The notes below the pieces were generated by a model, which saw nothing but the letters and a program-made list of their open reading frames with translations, was not told the origin of the DNA and did no database searches. Source: Thermofilaceae archaeon (GTDB lineage: Archaea; Thermoproteota; Thermoprotei; Thermofilales; Thermofilaceae). From it: DNA of 64,000 bases. Location of the stretch: the NCBI GenBank assembly GCA_038727095.1, contig JAVYWK010000009.1, forward strand, positions 1-64,000, in the 5' to 3' direction. Shown here one piece after another: positions 1 to 8,572 of this stretch; position 1 is the stretch's first letter, and each line of letters opens with the position of its first letter. Position numbers and translations under genes: made by a program.

Positions 1-25
1 GTTGAAAGTCTCTTCCGAGATGTAA

Positions 26-1360
26 ATGCCTAAACCACTGACCGGGGATATTTCCAGGCTCAACGTGGCCCTGAGGGAGTGCGCCGAGCTGGCCGGACAG
101 CACGGCTACGTGACGGCGCAAGCGCTCGCCGCCCGGATGGGCGTCACGGAGAGGATGGCTCGGAACTACCTCATGGACCTCCTGGACTTGGGGGCGCTTG
201 AGTACGCGGGGGGCGGCCGGTCCGTGCTCACCGGTGCTGCTCGAGCCAAGCTGGAGGAGGGTGAAGTCCTCGGCGGGGAGTACACCGTTGAAGCCGTCGC
301 GTCAGCCCGGGGGTGGGGAGGCGAGCTCTCCGAGTACATGATGGAGAAGGTGTACCGGCTCAAGGGCGCGCTTAGGGAGTTGGGGAGCAGGGAGGGGGTT
401 AGGCGGAAGCTGCTTCAAGCTGAACCACCGGAGGGCTTCAGCGGCGGCAGGCTGATCCTCTCCTCGAGGGACGTGGAGCGCAGGGAGGTAAGGCGGGTGG
501 CCGGCGAGGCGAGCGGCTACGCCTTGAGGGGCTACGTGTTGGCTGGGCTCGTCCCGATCACGGTCGCCTACATGTGCTCGGTGGCCGCCATCGTCGAGCT
601 GAACGAGGTGGGGCAGGTGGAGGACCTCAAGTTCCTGAGGAGGCCTGACGTCCGCGACTTCAGGGGTGGTGAGCCCTTCGACGAGGGTCTCGTCGAGCTG
701 GCGGTCGAGCACCCGGAGCTGCTGATCGCGGGCCGCAAGGTTGCGGCGAGGCTCCTCTGCGCGAGGCTCAAGCTCACGAACATGCTGGACGCAGTCGAGA
801 GGGGCGTGGAGCTGGCCGTGAGCAAGGGCACCCTCCTCCCCCACGGCTTCGTGCTGCCGGGGAGCGAGCTCTTCAAGAGGCTGGAGAGGGAGGTCGCCGA
901 GAGGTACGAGAAGCTCGTCGAGAGGGCCCGGGAGAGGGGGGTGACACTCGCCTCGATCATCGACGAGCCGAGGGACTACAGGTTCTACGAGGCGGTCAGG
1001 AGCCTGCTGGGGTTCAAGCTGGCCAGGGTGAGCGACGCAGCCTTCCTGAGCTACGTCCTAGACCAGTGGGAGTACACGGCCCCCCTGCGCGTCTCCAGGG
1101 AGCGCGGGAGGAGCGTTGAGGACTGGTACGAGTTCTACTGGAAGGTGGGCGAGAGGCTGATCAAGGTCGAGTACGTAACGCGGGGCGACCCGGTGGAAGC
1201 CCAGCGGGAGCTCATCGCCTCTCTGGCCCCCAACCTGCAGGTTGGGGGCATGCCCGTCGGCGTCTCGGAAGCCGAGAGCGCGGCGAAGGCCCACCTCAGC
1301 TGGATCAGGAGGGCCTTCGAGCAGGCGCTGAACCGGGCCTTCAGGGAGGGTGGGCCGTGA
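26..1360 (+). CDS. N-terminal winged-HTH fused to a NurA-like domain with apparently substituted catalytic residues
   Basis: HTH-like TAQALAARMGVTERMARNYLMDL; NurA-like layout (VAGEAS, AVSKGTLLP, SDAAFL, GMPVGVSEAE); overlaps herA start (GTGA). Confidence 0.7.
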   Translation: MPKPLTGDISRLNVALRECAELAGQHGYVTAQALAARMGVTERMARNYLMDLLDLGALEYAGGGRSVLTGAARAKLEEGEVLGGEYTVEAVASARGWGGELSEYMMEKVYRLKGALRELGSREGVRRKLLQAEPPEGFSGGRLILSSRDVERREVRRVAGEASGYALRGYVLAGLVPITVAYMCSVAAIVELNEVGQVEDLKFLRRPDVRDFRGGEPFDEGLVELAVEHPELLIAGRKVAARLLCARLKLTNMLDAVERGVELAVSKGTLLPHGFVLPGSELFKRLEREVAERYEKLVERARERGVTLASIIDEPRDYRFYEAVRSLLGFKLARVSDAAFLSYVLDQWEYTAPLRVSRERGRSVEDWYEFYWKVGERLIKVEYVTRGDPVEAQRELIASLAPNLQVGGMPVGVSEAESAAKAHLSWIRRAFEQALNRAFREGGP

Positions 1361-2754
1361 GGGTCGGCTACGTCATATCCAGGAGGCCGCCCACCAACTC
1401 CAGCTTCGAGTTCGAGCTCGAGGAGCCGGGCAGCGTCGCGGTGGGGGACTTCGTCGAGGTCCCCCTGGATAGGGGGGCTCTACTCGCCAGGGTCGCGAAA
1501 GCCTACGTGGAGAACCAGCTGCTCTCGAGCCCCGGGCTCGTCAGGGAGCACTCGCTCTACGGGCTCAAGCTGCCCAGCAGAGCCGCCCTGGAGACCTCCG
1601 AGGTCCACGTAGCCAGGGCCGAGGCGGTCGGCATCGTGGCTGAGGACGGCATCCACCCTCCGAGCACCCCACCTACCCCCGGCTCCCCCGTGTACACGGC
1701 GGCCGGCACCTCCCTCGCCCGGCTCCTCGGCTTCGTGGAGGGAGGGGTTAGGCTGGGGCGCGTCTGGAGGAGCGGGGTTGAAGCGGTGCTGGACGCGGAG
1801 CTTCTGCTGAAGCACCACGTTGCGGTTCTGGGGGCGACGGGCTCGGGGAAGTCCTACACGTGCGGAGTGCTGGCCGAGGAGGTTCTGGAGCTCGGACTCC
1901 CCCTCGTCGTCCTCGACCCCCACGGCGAGTACGCGACCCTCTCCGAGCGCTACAGGGTGAGGCGACTGCGGGCCGACCGGGTCGCCATCCCGCCCGGTGA
2001 GGTTTCGCCGGACGCGATAGCCGAGGCCACCGAGATGAGCGACGTGCAGAGGGACCTGCTCTACCTGGCCTGGCAGGAGGCCGAGGGCCCCTACCTCGAG
2101 GACCTCGAGGAGGCGGTGAGGAGGGTTACGGCTCAGTACCGTTTCAGGGACGAGACGCTGATCGCGCTGGTGAGGAGGCTCAGAGTCCTCAAGGCCTACG
2201 GCGCCTTCACTGGGAAGGGCGAGCGGCTCGAGCTGGCCGAGGGCGAGGCGCTCATCATCGACGTGGGGCTCGGGATGCCGGAGCACGTAACGAGGGCGCT
2301 GGCCGGCTCCATCGTCTGGCGCCTCTTCGAGGCGAGGAAGCTGGGCGACACGCCGCCCTTCGCCCTGATCGTCGACGAGGCCCAACGCTTCCTGCCCGTC
2401 GACGAGGAAACGTTCTCGAGGACGGCGCTCCGTACGGTGGCTAGGGAGGGGAGGAAGTTCGGGGCCTCCCTCACCATCGCCAGCCAGAGGGTCGTGGGCC
2501 TCGACAAGGACGTGCTCAGCCAGTGCGGGACGAAGATCCTCCTGCGGATGGACAGCCCAACCGACCTGGCGATGCTCAAGCCCGCCCTGGGGAGCTACGC
2601 GAAGCTCCTCCCCCACCTGCCCACCGGCGTGGCGCTCGTGACCGGCGTCTCCGCCCGCTACCCAGTCCTCGTCGAGGTTAGAGGGAGGAAGACCACCCAC
2701 GGAGGCTCCGGAGTCAAGCTCCGGATAAAGGCGCCGAGCGGAGGCACAGGCTAG
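1357..2754 (+). CDS. herA: HerA/FtsK-family ATPase (HAS barrel plus RecA-like domain)
   Basis: Walker A GATGSGKS, LDPHGEY, Walker B LIVDEAQ, REGRKFG, SQR, LPTGVALV. Confidence 0.9.
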   Translation: MRVGYVISRRPPTNSSFEFELEEPGSVAVGDFVEVPLDRGALLARVAKAYVENQLLSSPGLVREHSLYGLKLPSRAALETSEVHVARAEAVGIVAEDGIHPPSTPPTPGSPVYTAAGTSLARLLGFVEGGVRLGRVWRSGVEAVLDAELLLKHHVAVLGATGSGKSYTCGVLAEEVLELGLPLVVLDPHGEYATLSERYRVRRLRADRVAIPPGEVSPDAIAEATEMSDVQRDLLYLAWQEAEGPYLEDLEEAVRRVTAQYRFRDETLIALVRRLRVLKAYGAFTGKGERLELAEGEALIIDVGLGMPEHVTRALAGSIVWRLFEARKLGDTPPFALIVDEAQRFLPVDEETFSRTALRTVAREGRKFGASLTIASQRVVGLDKDVLSQCGTKILLRMDSPTDLAMLKPALGSYAKLLPHLPTGVALVTGVSARYPVLVEVRGRKTTHGGSGVKLRIKAPSGGTG

Positions 2755-2814
2755 AACGCCACGACAATCGATTCTCCCGCCCGCTGGAGCGGGCTTCAAG
2801 CTCTCGCAGCCCCA

Positions 2815-3267
2815 TCAGGCGGTGAGCTCGTCGGGCGACACCAGCGTATCCCTCAACCCGATCCTGCGGACGAACTCCTTCAGCTCCCTGTCGAGCGTGA
2901 GGAACCTCAAGTTGTAGCGGACTGAGGCAGCGTAGAGGATGTTGTCGATCATGTCCCTGTGGCCGAGCGCGTACAACCTGGCAGCCTCCGCGAAGACCCA
3001 AGCGTCCTCCCTAACCTCCCGGTAGACCCCGCTCTCCAGGATGCTCGTAAGCCCCTCGCTGAGGGCCTCGCGAGCCTCCGGGCTCGAAAGCCTCCTGGCA
3101 GCAACCCAGAGAGCCTCCAGGATGCTGAAGCGCGAGTAATAGACCTCCAGGCCTGAGTCGGCGAGAGCCCTCAAGCCCCTGAGAACCTCCCCTCCCACGT
3201 CGATCCCGAGGGTCGGGAGGATGAAGGACGTGTCAAGCAGAACCCCCGTACCTCGCCTGCTCCTCAA
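2815..3267 (-). CDS. vapC: PIN-domain VapC toxin
   Basis: LLDTSFILP, E in SILEALW, DMIDNILYA, LTLDREL; overlaps the AbrB gene. Confidence 0.9.
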   Translation of the reverse strand: MRSRRGTGVLLDTSFILPTLGIDVGGEVLRGLRALADSGLEVYYSRFSILEALWVAARRLSSPEAREALSEGLTSILESGVYREVREDAWVFAEAARLYALGHRDMIDNILYAASVRYNLRFLTLDRELKEFVRRIGLRDTLVSPDELTA

Positions 3268-3487
3268 GGCTCATCGCCTCAACCTCCTCCGGGCTCACGG
3301 AGGCGAACTTCCTGCCCGCCAGGGCCAGCCGGATGGGGTCGCGGACCAACTCCAGCACGATCCTACCCCCCTCAACCCTGATCAGCAGGCCATCCCCCTC
3401 CCGCAGCCCCACGGCTTCAACCACGGCTCTCGGGAGGTACACGGCGTACTTCCTCCCCACGCGAGCCCTAAAGACCGCAGCCACCAA
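3233..3487 (-). CDS. vapB: AbrB/SpoVT-type antitoxin
   Basis: RVGRKYAVYLPRAVVEAVGLREGD AbrB signature. Confidence 0.85.
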   Translation of the reverse strand: MVAAVFRARVGRKYAVYLPRAVVEAVGLREGDGLLIRVEGGRIVLELVRDPIRLALAGRKFASVSPEEVEAMSLEEQARYGGSA

Positions 3488-3605
3488 CCCGCACCAGGCT
3501 AAAGGGCCCCACCAGGTTATAAGAATTTAGTCAGGTTAACAGGCCGAAACCAGGCTAAGGTGGGTGAGCGAAGCCGGTGGCTTCAAACCCGCGATCAGGC
3601 CGGGG

Positions 3606-5120
3606 CTACCCGCGGCTGCAGTAGACCTCGACGCCATCGTAGGGTAGGCCTGAGTGGGTGATGAACACCCTATCCCTGTAGCTGGGCTGGTAACAGTCCC
3701 TGTACCTCAGGATCACCCGCTCCCTCGCGGCCCTCCGGAACCCCCTGTCCTCCAGGAGCTCCTCCCAGCGCTCCCGCAATTCCCTCTCCCGCTCCCTGGC
3801 CTCGCGCTCCAGCTCCCTGAAGCTGCACCACCGCTCCAGCTTGCCGCAAGCCTCCGCCGCGAGGAGGCACTTGAGGAGGTTGTTCTCCTCGTTGCTGAGG
3901 AGGTACTCGACGTGCGGCGCCGTAGGCTTTAAGTGCTGCTCAGCGAAGCTCCAGAGGTCCGACAGCCTGTAGCCCCTCCTACCCCCCACCTCAACAGGCC
4001 GGTAGCGCTCCACGGCCTCGAGCAGGGCCTCCGCGGCCGAGTAAGCCTCGAGCAGCACCTCCAGCGTCCGCCACCTCCCCTCGCTGATGAGGCACGCCGT
4101 GTCCACGGTGACCTCACCCCCCTCCTCAGCGAGCTTGACACCTCTCAAGGCCTTCGCGACGGCACCGATCAGCTCGTCCACCACCTCCCTGAGCCTCGGC
4201 AGCTGGGCGCGCCCCAGCAGCCTGGGTGCATAGTCGAGGGCTACCAGCGGGAAGCCGAAGCTGGCCGCGTACCACAGGCTCTCGAAAACCTCCCTGGCGC
4301 CGGAGAGCCTCTCACCAAGCTCCCGGAGGCCTCCAGCAACCCCCCTGAAGTCTACCGAGAGGAGCGTCTGCGGCTGCTGGAGGAGGTCCAGCACGTCGTG
4401 GAGCAGCCTCCTCCCCCGCCCCGCCTCAGGGTTGGGGAACTGGTAGAAGCCCGGGTCCAGCACCATCTCGTGCACCGCGAGCTCAACGAGCCCACCCTCA
4501 GGGCCGGGGAAGGGGTCGGAGTTCAGGATCCTCAAGCGCAGGTCCTTGAGCTTGAACCTGAGGACCCTGAGCGCCGCCAGAACGGCGACCAGCGCCGTGC
4601 TCGGCATGTAGTTGACGCCGTGGGTGAGGTCCAGCCAGACCTCGTCAACCCCGCCCGCGTCGAGAACTTTCTTCAGCACGTGGAGGAGAACCACGCTCTT
4701 GTAGAGCTGCAGCGAGCCCCTGAAGACCAACCAGCGATCCTTGAGCCTGAAGCGGCCGAACCCCGGGCACACCAGAACCTCAACCGAGCCCTTCAGCCAC
4801 CCCCTCACCCCCTCGTTGAGAGACTCCTCCTCAACTTCGAAGACGTCAACGAACTCGCCGTAAACCTTCTCAACCCAGCACCTAACCTCACGCTCCAACT
4901 CCCCCCAAATTCCCGGCAGCGAGCCAGCCCGGAGGCCGAGCGAAGCGTAGAGCGTGTCCGGAACGAGGATGAGCGCCCTCGCGCCGCGGCCAGCCCCATA
5001 GAGGATCAGCGGCAGAGCACTCCTAGCCCTACCCGCGAGCTCGCGAAACCTGTACCTAACCCCCGCCCACCGCGAAGGGTCACCCCACGTCGAAACTATC
5101 AGAACACCGCCGGACACCAC
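3606..5120 (-). CDS. csx1: Csx1 CARF-HEPN ribonuclease
   Basis: N-terminal STWGDP, DLTHGVNY (DxTHG), NSDP, C-terminal R-x4-H (RVFITH). Confidence 0.88.
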   Translation of the reverse strand: MVSGGVLIVSTWGDPSRWAGVRYRFRELAGRARSALPLILYGAGRGARALILVPDTLYASLGLRAGSLPGIWGELEREVRCWVEKVYGEFVDVFEVEEESLNEGVRGWLKGSVEVLVCPGFGRFRLKDRWLVFRGSLQLYKSVVLLHVLKKVLDAGGVDEVWLDLTHGVNYMPSTALVAVLAALRVLRFKLKDLRLRILNSDPFPGPEGGLVELAVHEMVLDPGFYQFPNPEAGRGRRLLHDVLDLLQQPQTLLSVDFRGVAGGLRELGERLSGAREVFESLWYAASFGFPLVALDYAPRLLGRAQLPRLREVVDELIGAVAKALRGVKLAEEGGEVTVDTACLISEGRWRTLEVLLEAYSAAEALLEAVERYRPVEVGGRRGYRLSDLWSFAEQHLKPTAPHVEYLLSNEENNLLKCLLAAEACGKLERWCSFRELEREARERERELRERWEELLEDRGFRRAARERVILRYRDCYQPSYRDRVFITHSGLPYDGVEVYCSRG

Positions 5121-5551
5121 CCGTCAAATGCAGTGGACACAAGGGTTATTTCTGGGCAACGCTGAAACAAGCGGCCTACAATAAATGGTACATTAATGGA
5201 ATTATGAGGTAGTGAAGTCGCCCCCGGCGTTTGCAGGGAACGCCATGGATGGGGAGAAGAGGGGTATCGCGCACGTGGTCTCACGGCATCTAGCGCGTAG
5301 CCCGGAGATCTGCAATCCGTGCTTGCCAAGGGCAGCCGCGCTCGCCCGGAGCGCGACGCACCACCAAAGGTTAACAAAAGTGCTGCTAGATTAGAGGATG
5401 TTACACGGACCCATGCTGCGAAGCAAGCCGTCGAAAACGTTCGATTACAGCTTCCGACGCCTCAAGACGTGGTGAAAAGCGGGCGAGCGATACCGCGCTA
5501 CCGGGCATCGCGTTCGGGCGTTTTCGCTCAATTGCTCTGGGGTTGCGGAGG

Positions 5552-5878
5552 CTAGCCGAGGGCTCTGCAGAGGGTGCTGTAGGCGCAGTAGCCGCAGCGG
5601 GGTCCCCTGAGCGGGGCTGGTGGCAGCTGCGCGGCGACCATCCTCCAGAGCCCGCGGGCCAGCGACTCGACGTACCGGCGGGTGGCGGGCGTGACCCTCT
5701 CCTCCACCGGGCCGTTGGAGCCGACGACGATGACGCTCGCGAGGGTGAGCCTCATCGTCTCCTCCGCGCAGAGGCCGTAGGCGATAGCTTGCGCGAGCAC
5801 GTGCCTCAGCCTGCCCCTCAGCGCCCTCCAGGAGACGGGGGTATGGGCTTTCACCTCTCCATCCTCGAGCTCCAGCAC
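5552..5878 (-). pseudogene. Truncated Cas4-like remnant (C-terminal half)
   Basis: QAIAYGL motif and C-terminal RCGYCAYSTLC cysteine cluster; N-terminal half missing. Confidence 0.65.
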
Positions 5879-5879
5879 C

Positions 5880-6397
5880 TCACCCCCCTTTCCTCCTCAG
5901 GTAGTCGAGCGAGAGGGTCACGGTGCCATGATCGGTGAGCATTAGGATGAGGGCGCTGTCACGGACGAGGGCCCCTCTCACCCACTCGTCTAGCTCCCTC
6001 AGAATCCTGCCTACGTACTCGCTTAGGAGCCGGAATCGGACGATGTTGCTAAGCGAAGCATACAGGCTATAGTCCACACTGATCAAGGCCTTAACCGCGG
6101 CCAGGAGGTCCACGAAGCAGGGTTTGCTCTCCGCGAAGCGCCAGTCGAAGGATCCCTCCCCGCCCGGCGCGCTTGACAGGTACTGGGCAGCGGCACTAAC
6201 GGACTTGCTCGGGTAGACGGCGCCGGCCGAGCGGAGGCTCGCGTCAGAGACGTTCACGACAATCAGCCTCCATCGCCGCAGCGTTCATTCAGGTTCTTGT
6301 AGGCTCTGCCGGCCCGCTGGATCAGCGCTCCCAGCGCCGCGACCTCCGCCACCACGGCGTCGAAGTCCACCTCAGCCTCCAGGAACCTGGGACTCAT
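5880..6397 (-). pseudogene. Cas3 helicase C-terminal remnant, frameshifted
   Basis: Minus strand 6397-6263 reads MSPRFLEAEVDFDAVVAEVAALGALIQRAGRAY (helicase motifs V/VI), then continues in another frame (AVYP). Confidence 0.65.
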
Positions 6398-6419
6398 GCA
6401 TGTTCATAAATGGCAACTA

Positions 6420-6639
6420 CTTTCCATCATTTTGATCGCGTCTTCTATCTCCTTCTTCATACTCTCCTCGACGAGGTTGTAGAGTTTTCTAATCTCTTGA
6501 TCGCTTGGGAGGGGATCTGCTTCGCCAGAGGCGCGAGGTATGAGTACTTTCTACTATCTCTTGATTGCTTCATGGAAGAGATAATAGAAGCTATCAAAGG
6601 ATCAACCGGTAAAGAACTTTCTATTATCTCTTGATCGCG
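6420..6639 (-). CRISPR. Degenerate mini-array, repeat family C (4 repeats)
   Basis: ctttct(a/c)tatctcttgat(c/t)gc copies at 6420, 6485, 6547, 6617 with 42-48 nt spacers; leader-like stretch from 6640. Confidence 0.75.
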
Positions 6640-6879
6640 TCTGTTGTCTGTTTCGGGTGGGGTTTTTAAGCTCTTCCATTCTTTTCGCGCTCCCTCTTTC
6701 CCTTTTTGCGCACAAACCCTTTCCGTGTATGGTTGCGGCTGCCTGTCCCCAGCCCCGGACGGTATTTTCAGCCTTGTTTCCAACCCCAGTACGAAACCCT
6801 TAAAGATCCGCTGCCCTGAATGTTCCCACACATTTCCGTTATTTTTCTGCTGCTTCGGTTTTCGGGTTGAGGGCTTCGG

Positions 6880-7143
6880 CGATAAGGAGGGCGAGCCGAG
6901 TTGCCTTGTAGGCGGTGGGTCTTCGGTTTTACGCTTGGAGGAGGTTGAGGGGGCGAGGGCGCGGATGTGGCGGGCTAGGGTGGACTCATCCCTGCCCAGC
7001 TGCTGGGAGAGCTTCTTGACGGTGGCTTCGCGCTTCGATAGGGCCTGGAGGATCCCGATCTTCTCCAGCGTCTCCCCCCTCTGCTCCAACGCGTACCTTG
7101 TGTCGGGGGGCGGCAACTGGTGGAAGCATGGAGGCAGCTTCAT
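6880..7143 (-). pseudogene. wHTH remnant resembling the C-terminus of Csa3
   Basis: ILQALSKREATVKKLSQQLGRDESTLARHIRAL; no CARF part; frame degenerates downstream. Confidence 0.5.
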
Positions 7144-7507
7144 TTCGTGAAGCGCGAGCCTGCCGGCAGCATGAGAGGGTCAGAGTTGAATGCCTTCAAC
7201 TTCACGCTGTTAAGCTCGAACCTTAGGATTGTAGCGACTGAAAGGACGGCAGCCATTTTTGCGCAACGCTGTTTGCGGTCAGCGGGTGCCCGGGCTGCGA
7301 TCGAGTATGGCTTTAACGCTTCCCGCGGAGGAGCGGAAGAACCCGAGAGACGGAGGGACTACCTCCTAGAGGTAACGGGGACCTGTGATCCGCGTTCCAA
7401 CGTAGCTCGAGCCGGGCGGCTTCCCATTGAAGATGGAAGAAGCTGTTGAAGGGTTGATGAGCTGGAAGAGGGGAAAATAACCGGCTTCGGGGTGGGTTGC
7501 GGGGGTC

Positions 7508-8572
7508 CTACTGCATGGTTAGGGGTATGGGGATTGCCGTCCCGTATCCTAGCTGGCCGCCAGCCTCGCTCAGCGAGCTCCAGTAGAGCTGTTCCAGTGG
7601 GCGGGGGTCGGGGAGGTCGACGAAGATTATCGAGCCTGGCTCGAGGGCTAGGTACACCGGCTTCCTCCTGCCCTTGGACAGGCTGAAGCCCGCCCCGAGC
7701 AGGGCTGTTGAGCCGACAATTCCTAATACTCTTGCGCTGTAGGTGCTAAGCTTTTCCGCGATTACTTCGAGCAGCTTCTCCCTTGTTAGCCCGCACTTGA
7801 ACAGTGCTGGCGAGGCGAGGTAGAGGGCTATGGATCCCTCAGCCTTCTCTCTACCCCTCCAAATCACGCTCTTGATCGTGGTGAGGACGGCGGACCCCTT
7901 CCTGAGGGCAGTGACCCTGCCCTCGCCCCCCAGCTTGACTGCGTAGAAGCTGTCTTCGAGCTGAAGGTTTCTCGCGTCTACGCAGATCTCGACCCCTTCG
8001 GTGTCCGCCGCGGAGAGGACGTAGTCGACGTAGCTGGCGGCGTACAGCAGCCCCCGCTTCTCGTCCGCGACTTTCACGCCCTCAGTTCTCTTCAGCAGTC
8101 CGACGCCTACCCTCTCCTGCAGCTTCCCTAATGCCTGAGCCTTTCTCTCAAGCTCCTTGATCAACTCTCTGTGCAACAGCACCCACTCCTTCGCTTCGCT
8201 GTAGGTCTTCGCCCCCGTCTGGGCTAGCCTCCAGTAGCCCACCGCTAGGCCCGGTAGCTCCCCTAGCCTGAGCCCCCGCTCGCCGTAAGCCACTTGGAAG
8301 TCCCCGCTCTTTAACAGGTAGGGGCCTCTCAACTCCGCGTTGCCCAGCACCGACTTGATCTCCTCCTCCCAGCTCTCCCCACCAGGCATGAGCCCGGGGT
8401 TCTGCTCGAGGATGAGGGTGGCGACAGCGCCCGCGATTGTCGAGGGTGTCGGCAGGCTGAAGCTTCTAGCGCTAGAGTAGATGCCTCTAGAGCTCGGGTC
8501 GAACTCGCCCGCCCTCCTAAACATCATGGGCTCCAGGATTCTGAACCTCAAGCTGAAAGTCTCCCCGCTCAC
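7508..8572 (-). CDS. cmr3: Type III-B Cmr3
   Basis: LEPMMFR, LPTPSTIAGA, KLGGEGR, LYLASPA, PGS, C-terminal LGYG. Confidence 0.9.
   Translation of the reverse strand: MSGETFSLRFRILEPMMFRRAGEFDPSSRGIYSSARSFSLPTPSTIAGAVATLILEQNPGLMPGGESWEEEIKSVLGNAELRGPYLLKSGDFQVAYGERGLRLGELPGLAVGYWRLAQTGAKTYSEAKEWVLLHRELIKELERKAQALGKLQERVGVGLLKRTEGVKVADEKRGLLYAASYVDYVLSAADTEGVEICVDARNLQLEDSFYAVKLGGEGRVTALRKGSAVLTTIKSVIWRGREKAEGSIALYLASPALFKCGLTREKLLEVIAEKLSTYSARVLGIVGSTALLGAGFSLSKGRRKPVYLALEPGSIIFVDLPDPRPLEQLYWSSLSEAGGQLGYGTAIPIPLTMQ

Noticed and set aside
1480-2799. Long antisense ORFs (439 aa here; also 3933-5165 and 22406-23725)
   Set aside because: Shadows of high-GC genes on the opposite strand, with no motifs.
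5212-5555. Possible MNT remnant (SVLAKGSRARPERDA)
   Set aside because: Too degenerate to call.
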